The notes below the pieces were generated by a model. That model searched no databases, was not told where the DNA came from, and worked only from the letters and a program-made list of their open reading frames with translations. The translations under genes and the position numbers were made by a program. This document shows, one piece after another, positions 1-14,550 of a stretch of DNA of 64,000 nucleotides. Positions within the stretch are counted from its first letter, which is position 1. Every line of letters starts with the position of its first letter. This stretch comes from Octopus vulgaris (lineage: Eukaryota). The stretch spans positions 32,736,001 to 32,800,000 of the forward strand of contig OX597822.1 of assembly GCA_951406725.2 (NCBI GenBank), written 5' to 3'.

Positions 1-1073
1 ACTCATTGATAGCTCGAAAATTCGTATCATTTATGAATATGAGTTTCGTCTTGGAACCAATACATCCCACACAACTCGAAACATCAATGAGGTATTTGGT
101 GCCGATGTGGCGAATGAGCGCACTGTACGTCAATGGTTTGAGAAGTTCCGGTCTGGTGATTTCACTTGAAAATCAGCCCGATGGAAGATCAGCGACCATG
201 GTGGATAATGACGAGCTGGAAACTGTAGTGGAAGCGTTAGCAGTAAGGTTTGGGGTTTCGATTCCAACTGCATTGGACCATCTGAAACAAATCGGCAAGG
301 TAAAGAATCTGGAGAAGCGGGTAACACACGAACTGAACGAGCATCAAATGAAACATCATCTTGAAACTTGCTGTTTTTTGCTGTCACAGCATAAAAGCGA
401 GCTATTTTCGCATTGTATTGTTACGTGTGATAAAAAATGGATAATTTTCAACAATAGCAAGCGTTCTGTACGGTGGTTAGATTGAGACGAATTGCCAAAA
501 CACAATCCAAAAGGGAATATTCACCAAAGGTGCTAATGATGACTGTTTGATGGTCCAGCTTTGGTGTCATCCACTAAAGCTTCATGAGACCTGGTAAGTC
601 AATTACAACGGATGTTTACATCAACCAATTGGAGGAAATGATGAGTGAGCTTTCAGTTAAACAACTGAGATTGGTCAATAGAGACAGGCTCATGCTTCTG
701 TCAGACAATGCTCGATCAAATGTTGCAAAAAGAACGCTACTCAAGTTTCAGGAACTGAACTTCGTAGAATTCTCTCATCCACCATATTCACCAGATCTTA
801 CACCAACCAGATCTTCCAGGCATTATACAACTTTTTGGAAGGAAAAAACTTCAAGTCTGAAGAAATTGCACAAAAAACATCCTTTCGTGATTTCATCACC
901 TCTTGCTCTCCAGCATTCTTCGCTGCCGGCATAAATAAGCTACTGAAAAACATGGCAAAATTATGTTGATAATTTAGGTGCATACTTTGATTAATTGAAA
1001 TGCTTTTTGTTGAGACAACATAAAAATAAAATTTCAGTTCAAAATTGGACATTTCATTCTTAATGACCTGATA
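1..1073 (+). mobile_element. Mariner DNA transposon relic (frameshifted transposase, right TIR)
   Basis: Fragments across ORFs 6..485 and 584..934 read IVTCDKKWI, DNARSN and HPPYSPDLTP, matching the mariner DD34D motifs. The element ends in a TIR-like ...CATTCTTAATGACCTGA followed by TA at 1072-1073. Confidence 0.9.
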
Positions 1074-1090
1074 GATAGATAGATAAGTTG

Positions 1091-1208
1091 ATACATACAT
1101 ACATACATACATACATACATACACACATACATACATACATACATGCATACATACATACATAAATACATACATACATACATACATACATACATACATACAT
1201 ACATACAT
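1091..1208. repeat. (TACA)n microsatellite
   Basis: Direct reading. Confidence 0.95.
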
Positions 1209-1212
1209 TTAT

Positions 1213-1412
1213 GTGTGGTTGTCTTTATTCTTTGTCCCCCATCACTGCATGCAAACAACGTTGGTTTGTTTACGCTCCCGACGAAAAGCACTAATAGAAT
1301 AAGGATTAGACTTTGGAAGGAATTATGTAAAGAAAGGGGGATTTATTCGACTAAACGTTTGAAGGTGGTGCCTCAACATGGCTGCAGTCCAGTGAGTAAA
1401 ACTACAAAAAAA
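1213..1412 (+). mobile_element. SINE family B, degenerate 3' half
   Basis: Similar to the 3' module of the copy at 2233-2626 (ttgtcccc...ggtggtgcctcaacatggctgcagtc). Confidence 0.65.
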
Positions 1413-2232
1413 TAATATATATATATATCTTTTGGTGTGTGGTGTTGCTTGTGTGTCAGTGTATGCGTGAGTGTATCGGGAAAATCGTCATCTTACAACT
1501 AAGAAAAACTGCTACGCAGTAATAATCGAAGATCAGAATATGTTATTCAGCAAATTCTCAAATATTACCATAATCCGAAGATCATATTTCCACGTAATAC
1601 TGCTTCCACGATGTGCATCAGCCGGGTATCGTGAGTGGAGTGTCCAGTATATTAAGCGTAATTTTCGGGTAATTCTATAAAAGTATACATTTTTTATGAC
1701 CGAATAATTCATATTTTGTGTTCTTATGAATGTAATTTGCATATTCATTTTAAAATATACCTTTTTGTGTGCAGAACTATTATGGGGGACAAAATATCAT
1801 GACGAATCTAATCTTTATTGGATGATGTGGCTAATCTACTTCTCCAACTTACCTCTCTCGTCGGTACAAAAAACAATTTCGAAACATTATCTGGTTAGTT
1901 AATTATAGTTATGTAGCTACGAAAACCAGATGAGTATCAAATTTGCCGCATAAAAGAGGTGATACGACTAAAATCATGAGACAGCTCATGTGTAGTTCAG
2001 AAACTTGCTTTGCAGCCATGAGGGTTCGGGTTTTGTTCCAATCTGCGGCAACATAAACGGATAACTTCCCTATAGCACCAGGTTAACTATTACTTTGTGA
2101 GTGCATTTGGTAGAGGGAAATTGTATACAAGGCCGTCTAAATACACCCTTACACATATACACATTGTTATGCATAAATATATGTGTGTTTGTGATTACAT
2201 ACTTACATTCATATATGTATATATATATATAA

Positions 2233-2626
2233 TACTCTTTTACTCTTTTACTTGTTTCAGTCATTTGACTGCGGCCATGCTGGAGCACCGCCTTTAATCG
2301 AGCAACTCGACTCCGGAACTTATTCTTTTAGTAAGCCCAGTACTTATTCTATCGGTCTCTTTTGCCGAACCGCTAAGTAACGGGGACATAAACACACCAG
2401 CATCGGTTGTCAAGCAATGCTAGGGGGACAAACACACACATATATATATATATATACATATATACGACATGCTTCTTTCAGTTTCCGTCTACCAAATCCA
2501 CTCACAAGGCATTGGTCGGCCCGGGGCTATAGCAGAAGACACTTGCCCAAGTGCCACGCAGTGGGACTGAACCCGGAACCATGTAGTTGGTTAGCAAGCT
2601 ACTTACCACACAGCCACTCATGCGCC
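2233..2626 (-). mobile_element. tRNA-derived SINE family B, near full length, with internal microsatellite
   Basis: The minus strand begins GGCGCATGAGTGGCTGTGTGGTAAG (A box) ...GGTTCAGTCCC (B-box-like), has an internal TA/TG run and a (GTAAAAGA)n tail. Many paralogues occur in the window. Confidence 0.85.
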
Positions 2627-2629
2627 TAT

Positions 2630-3537
2630 ATTAAGTATGTTACAGAAGGGCTATTAACGGAGTGCTCATAGAGAGCCAGTGCCCAAAATTACAGAGTAGA
2701 GGTAATTGAAAACGCAAATCCTAGGCAGTAAAACAGATTTCCGAACGCATATATGAAGATATTCAATCAACGTAATTGAATCAGATATATTCATACACAT
2801 CAACATAAATCATGCAGGTGCAGGCGTAAAGATTCCCCAAGGGTATAAAAAAAGTAAAATCAAGCATACATAAAAATGTAGACGAGATATAAAAACATAC
2901 AAAGATACATATAAAATTAGTATAAATAAAGATTACATGTAAAGAGTTTGCGTGATAAATATAGGAGATACACAACAAATAAGAGGCTGATAAATATAGG
3001 AATAAAAACGTCAACTTTCAAAATAGCAAACAGCTTAAATCGTCTAAAAATTCTTTATCCATCTAGGATATAAGACAGAAATGACGCACGATATCAAGGA
3101 TAAGAAAAATAAATAAAACAGGATCCTATTATATTTGTTTTTCTTAACCTTGATATCTTGCGCCATGGAATTTTTAGACGATTTAGGCGGTTTGCCATTT
3201 TGAAGGTTGACGTTTTTATTCCTATATTTATCAATCTCTCATTCGTTTTGCACCTCCTATATTTATCACGCAAACACTTTCCATGTAATCTTTATTTATA
3301 TGTAATTGTATATGTATTTCTGTTTTTTTTATATTTCTTCTATATTTTTTTAATTTATGTTTGGTTTTATTTTTTACGCCTTTGGAGAATCTTTACGCCT
3401 GTACATGCATGACTTATGTTGATGTGTATAAATATATATGATTCAATTACATTGACTGAATATCTTCATTTATGCGTTCGGGAATCTGTTCGACTGCCTA
3501 TGATTTGCGTTTTCAATTTCCTCTGCTCTGTATTTTT
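2630..3537. mobile_element. Long fold-back element (arms about 420 bp, centre GGATCC), probable Penelope-like inverted pLTR pair
   Basis: 2685-3123 is an imperfect reverse complement of 3124-3537. There is a one-sided extension of about 55 nt at 2630-2684, and the right end abuts CA/TACA/TA runs. Confidence 0.8.
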
Positions 3538-3548
3538 ACACACACACA

Positions 3549-3631
<83 letters not shown>

Positions 3632-3922
3632 GTTGAATTAGGTACTTAAATTGAGGCACCTTGCTAATTCGGTATAATCTGCACACCCCGACAATATTAT
3701 TTGAATATTTAATATCAAAATTCCGTGTAGGGGTATTTGTACTTAATATACCTGCCGTATGTGTAGACAACGCAACCCAGCTAAGTGAAGATATCCGCTC
3801 TTGGTAATTCAGACATGTACTTTTTATAAAGGGACTTTCTGTAGTATTTCCGAAGTGCAGATTCCAAGTTAGGTGAACAAGATATAAATGAGTAACAAAG
3901 ATGCACAGGTGTCAATTCCTAG

Positions 3923-4217
3923 CAGCTCATGTTCTTGATTAATGAAAACATTACATCAATTTGAAAGAAACCATTCTCGTCAGATGACTGCACAGGCTTC
4001 AAACATAAAATATAAACCATATTTAACAAACCAAAAATAGATACCTAAATGTTTACGTTGTTTCATTTTGTTATATCTGCAGCAGAAGTTTTCGTTTCCA
4101 TTATTGATGTAAATTTGTTAGAAAATGGTGTATCGTTTAAAGTCTAGGAGGTCACCTGACGAGAACGGTTTCTTTCAAATTGGTGTAATGTTTTCATTAA
4201 TCAATTAAATAGAGCTG
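3923..4217. repeat. Inverted repeat (arms about 65 bp, spacer about 160 bp) whose arms resemble a degenerate hammerhead
   Basis: The reverse complement of 3923-3988 (gtcatctgacgagaatggtttctttcaaattgatgtaatgttttcattaatcaa) matches 4151-4217. CTGACGA core at 4156-4162. Confidence 0.7.
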
Positions 4218-6675
4218 ATGGAAACGGTCGTAATGAATTAGCACCCATACGTCTTTGTTAATTGTATATATATGTATATATATATATGTATATGTGTTTG
4301 TGTTAGTGTGTGTGGGGGCGCGCTTGTGTGGATGGCTGTGTGTATAATTATATCTGTTCTAGTCCCTTGCTTCACTTGAGAACCGATGTTGATTTATTTA
4401 CGATCCCGTAACCTAGCAACTCGACAAAAGAGTAGAAAAGAATAAGTACTAAATTTTAAAATATTATTGCTGAGATGGATTTTCTTTGTGATGGGGCCAT
4501 CACACCCTTCAAGGCGTTGCCCCAGTATGGCCGCAGATTAATGATTGAAGCTAGGGAAAGATAAAATAGACAAAAGTAAATGCTGCAGTAATGAATTTAA
4601 AATTAGCGTTTCTCCTGTGATGTTTAAAAGAAAATGCAATCTTATCTTATTAAATGCATGCAAAGTAGCTTAAATATATCATTATCTCAAACCGTTTACA
4701 TTGATGTCATTTGATTGTCAAAAGTAAATAAAGAATTAAAATCTATTTAACTGTATATATATTCATAAGATATATATTTGATGCTTATTAAAATATTTAT
4801 TAGTGAGAGGAGCAGTATAGATACCAAAAGGCAATTTTCAGATCCAACATAACAAAAACGTTACGTTTATGTGATGTTCGAGCATCGAATACTGCAGCAT
4901 ACGCCTTGAAAGGCCTTCTTATGTAAACAAGCACTATGAGTCTATAGGAAATTATCCCTGTAGATGAATATCGCAGTATTTCTCGTCCTAATAAAATAAC
5001 CACATTACGGTAGATATAAAGATTAACCTTCGATATTAACATTGTCTCTATTGCTAATAATCATTTTTTCATAAACCAGCTGGATTTTTGCGACATCAGT
5101 GATTTTTCAGGCAATTCTAAATATCTTTGACAATGAGATTTGGCTGATTTTTGGCAGGCCGATTTCTTCAGTGACTGATTTCAATATGGCTGATTTCTGT
5201 CACCTGAGAAAAACAGTACGTTGTAATCATATGATCTTCAATTCTGACAAAAGATTCTTATTTGTTAACGATATATGTGGCTATATGTATGTGTGTACAT
5301 GCGCTTTTATGCACTATAAATCTACATAAGGACCTTTAATATGGATTCATGTTGAATCACTCAAGGTGACTACCGTGGAATTGGGTGTTCTAACAAGACA
5401 TTCACGTTAGGTTAACGGAGCACAATTCGGGACATATATATTCGTACACATTCTGTTTCTGGTACATTCTGTGAAATTGTTTAACCATGATAAAACATCG
5501 TATTGAGCATATTTTTCCAGAAGTAAAAGAAATATGCATTTTGTAAATATGTTTATGTTCAGAAATTATCTGAGTGGATAAAACTTCATAACTAATATTT
5601 AATTAACCTAGAAACCATGGTAGTACAATTCGCGTTCCATCACATGGAATTTGTAGAGTGATTTGTACATCGTGAGTTATCGTGAAGACAAACTTGTTCT
5701 TCACTTGTAATCTCTGAGCTTACAGCAAGGCATCCCTACTATTTTACATTATTATGCATGAACCCTATTTATCATTATTTAATTTATGTAGACACTGGTG
5801 AAATAAGGGCGATATAATGAGTTAGTTTAAATTACCTTGAAATATTTACATGTAGGTTTCGTTAATCTGGATTATGAGTGGAAATAGACTTCTTATTCCA
5901 GACCCTATTATTGTTGTTCCAGATATAAAACCCGAATTTGAAAGACGCTGAAAGACACTGTGCTCTGTCTAAATATCGAGATAGCTACCCGACAACTCCA
6001 TTGCATTACAGGACGAAATGAATGGAAATTTAGCTTGTGAGTGTATCAAATATATAAACACAATAAAACTCTCCCAAGACAACAAAATAAAAAGTGGTTT
6101 TACATCAAATTTTCCCCTCCAATTGAATAACATATTTTGTTTCTGTTTCTGTACTTTTAATAGGCTTATGGTATGGCGGTACATATATGGGTAGATGAGG
6201 ATACTTTTCTTTTTCTCTTAATCTCTAAAGATAACACACACTTTGTAAGATGATCTTTAATATGTAAAAGGAACGTGATGATAAGCTTCAGTAATATTAT
6301 AAGACTGACAGAAATATCAGGCAATGCCTGAGTAAGAAGAGAAGACATAGAAAATTTGTATATAGACATTTATCTTATTCTAGTGAAAACAGACTTAATA
6401 AATGTATTCTAGTTAACACACGTAATCGTTATAGCAAAACTGTATACTCGCCTATAAAACAGAAGCCTCATAATAATGGGAGCAGCATGAAGTTGTATTA
6501 ACAACCACCCTAACATTTTGTAGGGCTTCGCTACTTCTATATTTTAAGTTGCTTCATCTTGCCGTTATCCGATATCTCACTACACAAAAATAAGCAATTA
6601 CTCTTCATGTATTTCTTTTCTCAATCCTAAGCAAATAATTTTAAAAACAGTTATGGTACAATGAACATAAAGTTG

Positions 6676-6884
6676 ATTTCAAATTTTGCCAGGAGGTCAG
6701 TAGTTTCGCGGGAGGGTGTAATTCGATTACATCGATCTAGTGCTCAACTGGTACTTATTTTATCGACCCTGAAAGGGTCGATATATTCGACCTCGGCGGA
6801 ATTTGAACTCAGAGCGTAGAAACGGACGAAATGCCACTACATAATTTTCTTGTTGTGCTAACGATTCTGCCAGTCCAGCGCCTT
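6676..6884 (-). mobile_element. tRNA-derived SINE family A (degenerate)
   Basis: The reverse complement matches AAGGCG..CTGGCAGAATCGTTAGC...GAGTTCAAATTCCGCCGAGGTCGA...GGTCGATAAAATAAGTACCAG, as in 19581-19812. Confidence 0.8.
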
Positions 6885-7566
6885 AATATTGCAATTGTTT
6901 CTCGCGTTGATATTATAGAGAAACATTCGTAATCCTAATCAATTAATATTTACACTAACAAGCATTTTGGTCAATAGTTTTCTGCTGAAATACCTTAGAC
7001 ACTGTGATACAAAGTTTAAGGTTTCTGTATGCCGCCATCGGGGGATGAAGAGTATTGATCACGAACAGAGAGCAACGCTAATAAGAAAATACCATTCTCC
7101 AACTTTATATTAATAAAGGGAATATTATCTACTATTTCATCTGTGAGTACTAATCAGGAAGCAATACCGGATTCTCACTGCGACCACTGAAATCGTTATA
7201 CGTTAGGCGATAACAATAACTTAAAATATTGTTGTTCATGAAATTTCCAAGAACATTAGTTATGTGATGCCAATCCTCCCTCTGGAAATTGAAACTGCGT
7301 TATGGTTTCAGCACGCTAAATACAAGTAAGAAATATATATTGATTTTAATGTAAGATATTATTAACTGTGAACTAGAGAAGTATGAAAAATATTAATTGA
7401 ATTGGAATATATTTTCTAGATTCTTAAGGAATGAATAATAAGCCTGACACCATATTGAATTTGGTATGTTAATAAAGGAAATTACATGCCATAATAAATT
7501 CAGTACAGCATTTCACGTTGTTCCTAATCTGGTGCTTTTTTAAACATTAATAGTGGACTACACAAT

Positions 7567-7598
<32 letters not shown>

Positions 7599-7672
7599 AA
7601 CATATATTTATATATATGTATATGTGTATATGTATGTGTGTGTATGTATATATATGTATATGTATATATGTA

Positions 7673-7812
<140 letters not shown>

Positions 7813-9437
7813 GCGGGGCGGCGGTTTGGCTGAATCATTATAGCGATGTCTTGAGGTATTAATTTACGGCTTTATGCATACCAAGTTTAAATTTCGTGAA
7901 CGCCAACTTTATCATTCATCCATCCATTGTCGACAAAACGAAGTGCTAAGGTCGATTTAATCGATTATACTTGGCCCAAAAATTTATAGCCTTGTGCCAA
8001 TGAAAGAAATCGATATTAAACTACCAAATATGAACTTAAAGATGTACAATCAATCATTCATAGAAGCAATGTTGGGTGGGGTACTCTACATCGGTAGTAA
8101 CAATCTTTTATAGGGATATAACACACAACTTTGCATAAAAGCAACCGTGTTCGTTATTTAAACCAATACGGTTGCCTTTATCGAAGCCATTTATGATTTT
8201 GGCAGAATATAAAGCGATGAAGCGAATAATTAAGATTTTACCTCTTAGAACTAGTATCATGTGATTCTTGTGAAACTCTTAAAAATTGTCAGAGAACTGG
8301 ATCTCGTCCCACATGCTGTAATAACGTTCCATTTTGTTGACACTGAAAAAATGCCGATTACACGATATAAATTATAATACGTTATTAGATGAAATTTAAT
8401 TATCATCATCATGAGTTTGTATAAATTGACAGGGTCATTGAGACGTCGGATAACATGCAACATTATCTGTTTTCCAACCTTGCTGTGCTCTGAATTTAGA
8501 TCCCTCTAAGGTATCAATATAGGATTAAGACTTTGCAATTATGTGCATTGACGTTCGGTTCAACGTGCAGCAGATTTCATTTGGCATATATTTTGTATGC
8601 CAGTTTCAATTTACTCAAACGTGTAGAAATGACAGCTAGCAGGCATCGTGTGCTAAACTCACTGAAGAGATTCTGAGAAGCTGCTTCAGTCCGTCAGATT
8701 CATACGAAATACGCTTTAGAACTAGTGCTGTGGGCCAGATTATCTTCTTCAATCACCTCTATCCGTGCCCTCATCAGCGAGATACTTTGCAGGAAAATCT
8801 GCACTTATATAGAAAAATATAATAGCTGCACAATATAGAAAATCTGCACTTTAGTGTATTTCAGCATTAATAAATTATTCATAAATACTATTTAAAGACT
8901 CGTATATAATTTCCTTCTTGTATTTTTAAATTCAAAACCTTACAGTTCAAAACATCAAGCCGCAGATATATTTTGTTGCCCCGAGTAGATTATATAATTA
9001 TATCATCTCAACACAAAGAAATTAGAGCAATAATTGCGCTAAGTTATTTTCTCTGAATAAATATAAAGCAGTTTCTGAATGTTCAGGATATCTTGAGAAA
9101 ATAATCGCAAGCAACTCAAAATTTAAATAACAAAAAGACTGTTATTCAAATGTATAGCAGTAATTAAAATGCATCTAGCATTTTGAATGCAAACGTTATC
9201 TCATTATATATTACATTAGGAAAAATAATCAGAACTTCTATGAATTAATCTAATTGGAACACATGTAGCTGGTACATAATTAAACGTTTATACAAATTTT
9301 CATGAACACGAATATAAGGCCTTCAAGGGGTGCGTGGGCATACATGCAGGTTGATGTAAATGCATAGCAGTGAGGGAAAGTTAATGAAGCTTATAAAAGT
9401 ATCTTGACATTTAATTATATCTTTCATGAATATGAAT

Positions 9438-9484
<47 letters not shown>

Positions 9485-9503
9485 TGCTTACATATATATA
9501 TAA

Positions 9504-9584
<81 letters not shown>

Positions 9585-10101
9585 GATTGCTTTGTGCGTG
9601 TGCGTGCATCTGCGTAATTTTATATGAATATGCTGAATTACAAACTTTGTAATTTCAGAAAAGAGTAGCTATTTATGATTTTTTTTATGAATGTTACCAT
9701 TTCTATGTTTCTGCAATTAATTATTACAATGAGCAAAATGAAACAACTTCAAACCAAACGCAAATTTGATAAACATAAAATATATTTTTCCGTATTCTGC
9801 AGCATTTAGATTTCTATTATTAAATATATTTCATGTAGTTATTTCATTAAATTTATTCAATAGAGATTTAGGAAGATAGGCGGTAGTAGAAGTAATCATA
9901 TTACAGGAAATATTAAGAGGAAATTTGTCAGATAGAAAGGGTTCAGAAACCTAAGCGTGTGTTTACCTTGCGCTTCTCTATATTTTTTTCTGATGACGGA
10001 CGATCATGTGAAAGGTTTATCACTCTTTTCTATGAAATGTTAATCAAAAAACGATACAGGTTAAAAAATGTCTCCCTGTGTTATTTTATACTAACTTTAA
10101 C

Positions 10102-10174
<73 letters not shown>

Positions 10175-10191
10175 GTGTGTATGTATGTATG

Positions 10192-10241
<50 letters not shown>

Positions 10242-10689
10242 TATACATACATATTTATGTACACATACATGTTTATATATATATATATATATATACATTT
10301 ATATATGTATATATCTATCTATCTATCATCTGATGCAATCACGACAAACCTGCTCTTTATCTTAACTCCACAAGCTCCAATCACCACAATTAATGTTATC
10401 GCCTTCTACGGTAAAAAATGGCGTCTTTCCCCCCACATAAACCGGGGAACAGAAAACCAAGCCGAAAAAAAACAAATGTAATAATAAAATTATTTGCGAC
10501 CGCATCCAGCAGTGCAACAACTACTGCAGTGACTCAAGAAGCCAATCTTCTTTTTACCCTTGTTGAAACTAGCGAAAGAAATTCAGAAAATTATTCAACC
10601 CCCTACTAGCGACCCAAGGCGAAAAACACCCTTGGAACTGCACCTGTCTAGCAAGATCAACAACAATAACAACAACAAATATGATGTGC

Positions 10690-12220
10690 AGTGCTGAAGT
10701 AACGCAATGAAGGTGCTGCCTTAACATCTTTATTCCTTCTTAATGCCCGGGGTATTAACCCAGCCATCAAGGCTCAAAATGGAAAATACCCTACATCGTT
10801 AAAAAGGGGAATAAATCGCTCCCTGTATACAACCGTCCAATCTCACTCACCTCGCATATCATCAAAGTATTTGAGAGAGTGTTGAGATCAAGAATAAAAG
10901 CCTTCCTAGACCAAGATCATTTCATAAATTGCCAGTAGAATGGCTTTCATGGTGGTGGGTACAGTCTAACACAGCTCCTCCACTACTTCGATGACATCTT
11001 AAGTGCACTAAGTCATATACCTTGATTTCAGCAAAGCCTTTGACAGAATCTACCACAAAATACTGTTAAGGAAACTATCCAACGCTGGAGTCGGTGGAAA
11101 GCTACTTCAATGGATTAGGTATTTCCTAACAATCAGGATCCAGCATGTGGTGGTTGATGTCATCCACTCAAGACCAAGAAAATTCATCAGCGGAGTCCCA
11201 CAGGGTGCTGTTCTGCGTTCACTTCTTTTAATTGTCTATATCAATGTTATTGCAGATTCCATTGAACATAGCTCCATTTGAATATTTGCTGACGAAACTA
11301 AGTTCCAGAATGTCATTAGGGGAGTATATAATCAAACAATGCTTTAATTGGACCTATGCGAAATAACTTAGTGGGCACAAAAATCCAATATGCCTCTGAA
11401 CGAAGAAAACTTAGAGCTCATCCACTTTGGAAGAGAGGGCACACTCAGACAACCATATGCACTATTGTCGGGAGGCCTAGTTGAACCTTCGGATAATATC
11501 AGTGACTTAGATGTAACTGTAGACAGCAACCTTGGCTAGAGTGTGCGCATCAATAAAAAAATGTCGATGTTGCCCGCAGAATATGCTCATGGATCCTCAG
11601 ATCTTTTCCCTCTAGGGATCATAAAAAATCATCATCCTTCTCTTCTCCACATTCGCTAGGCTCCACCTCGAAAACTGCTGCCCATTGTGGTCCCCCTACA
11701 AACAAAACAACAAGTCATAATGAGGACCGAAGCGCCACAAAGAACAATCACAAAAAAATAATAAATGGCATGATGGAACTTGATTATTGGATTCGACTTA
11801 AACAGCTGAAGCTCTATTCTCTGCAACGCTGCCGTGGGAAAATGTTCCACCAGTATCATCCAAATTATATCGGTATTACGTTTACAATTCACCCAAGAGT
11901 AGGCCCACGTGCAATGCGTCCCCTACAAAGGTCGAGATCACATCACATAAGAACATTGCTACACAATTTCTTCACTGCAAATGGCCCTGCACTTTTCAAT
12001 GTTATCCCCCAAAAGAAATTAAAGTAGAAAAAGACAAATTCCTCCAGGAAATACCAGATAAACCACCTACTCCTGAATGCGTCTCAACCAACAACAACTT
12101 TTTGCTTGAGTGGTCTATCGTGTCCTGAAATAATTAACTAAAAAACTTTTCAAGGTGGTGTTATTGTGTTAGTCATGGCCTGGGCCGATGATGGCCAAAA
12201 CCAACCTAAGGTATCCAAGT
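10690..12220 (+). mobile_element. CR1-like LINE, decayed reverse transcriptase and 3' end
   Basis: Manual translation gives DFSKAFDRIYHKILLRKLSNAGVGGKLLQWI, SGVPQGAVL and IFADETK (RT motifs), then DYWIRLKQLKLYSLQR, with many stops and frameshifts. 10330-10690 may be a deleted 5' part of the same element. Confidence 0.85.
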
Positions 12221-13253
12221 TATATATATTATGAATCTGTATTGTCTGTGTGGGTGAGTGTGCATATGTGTGTGCCTGATTCTTTCTCTTTGCCACAGGT
12301 AGACGACCAGTGTTGTTCAGATATCGAAAAAATTAGATGTTCTGGAAAGAGCCGGTAGAAAATTTACCATATTGAAAATATGTCCTCGATTCGTTTAGAT
12401 GCAATAAAACCTTCAAGGCGATACCTTGTTATAACACCAGTACAAAGACTGGAACTGTTTAAAAAAGTAGAAAGGAAATTCTCTACAAACTGCAAATCAA
12501 GTGATAATGGTGTTTTAAGTTACTCTAAATGCTTTACAAAATCGTATGAATTTCAGTGATGCTTTTTGAATAGCTTGACAATCAGACAAATACGCCATTT
12601 GGAAATTTTATGAAATTTTATAACCAAGCGATATACATTGCAACACGACTCACAAGCAATTTAATCATGAAACAATCTTATCTTATTTAGAGATATATTT
12701 TACAATAATCTGTTGGATTGTTTATACGAACTAGATGTACAACCTAGCAGTAAGATTGTTGAGTGACCAAAAACATCCATTAGACACCTGATAGTTTTAC
12801 CATATTCATTTAATTCCGAAGACTATCCAGTAATTAGTACTGTATATTTTTTATAGTTACATGAAAACTCTTTATGCTCAAGAGATGATAAGATATCTAT
12901 CTATTTTCAAAGGAGAGCCACCAGATGGTTTTGTACATTTATTAGACAGCAGGTGACTTTGTATAATCTTGAATCATTTCTAAGGTTTCAAAGATCGTAC
13001 AATAGTTTCTATGTATTCATGACAAGTGAATTTTGTTGCGAAAATCATCAGCGATACGGATCAGAATATCTTTCAGATATGAAATTTTTCCTGACAACCA
13101 CCGACCAGATAATTCTAAATGTTGCTCAAATATCAATGCCGCAAGACAGTCTGCTCAATAGGATTATACGTTCTTTATATTTTTTAAATAGTTGTAAAAG
13201 TTATCCACCAGATTCTACACATTCATAGTATGTGTGCCAGTTTTTTGATAAGG

Positions 13254-13612
<359 letters not shown>

Positions 13613-14003
13613 AGTAGCAAAAACACAACACCTAACTTTGGTCATCCTTGAAATATTTAAAAGTTTTCAATGTCTATCACTCTTTGCAATTGAAAATAAA
13701 ATAAAACAATAAAACAACTCTAAGCAATGTAGTTGGAGATTAAATCTGAGAATAACATGAATGACTACAACAAATGAGATACGTCATTTGAGAATGATAG
13801 CTTTAAATTATTCTGCGATAACAGTATGGCTGTGTCGTTTCTTTCAATATACATACTTATATGCTACCATGCCGAGCATCTGCTCAAAAAGCAAGTAGGT
13901 GGTAATTCTGTTTCTTATATAGAATCTTTCTTTAGATATGCTCTTCTTTATATCATATTGTAGTCTTTTTGTCAGTTTTTCACATTATATAAACATACAT
14001 ATA

Positions 14004-14092
<89 letters not shown>

Positions 14093-14493
14093 GCATGAAT
14101 GTATGTATACATATATACACACAAAGAAAGCGAGAGAAGAGACTTCATATTAGTTATTCCTGTATTTCACTAGCAAGGATATGCCCTTCGTTGGGTTTTA
14201 TACCCATATAGAAGCATATAAGGATGGCTCCTTCTCGACCAATACCCACCAATCTGCATAACAGCGCATAGGTCACGTATGGAGGGAGAGAAGGTTACAC
14301 TATTCTTTCATTGTTACTCATATACAGATGTGAGGACTGAAATAACGTGAAATAAAGTGTTTGCTAACATACCTAACATACTATTCTGTCCAAAAAGCAA
14401 TGCTATTCTTGGGAACTCGGCAGTCTAATGATAACAGCACATGATTTCATGATACATGCACACAAGCACATTTACTCACCCACACGCACGGGA

Positions 14494-14550
<57 letters not shown>

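Noticed and set aside
8663-8790. Candidate minus-strand exon ending at a gtgagt donor
   Set aside because: All three frames contain stops between the plausible acceptor and the donor.
9990-10025. CTGATGA...GAAA hammerhead-like spacing
   Set aside because: No convincing stem I, II or III pairing.
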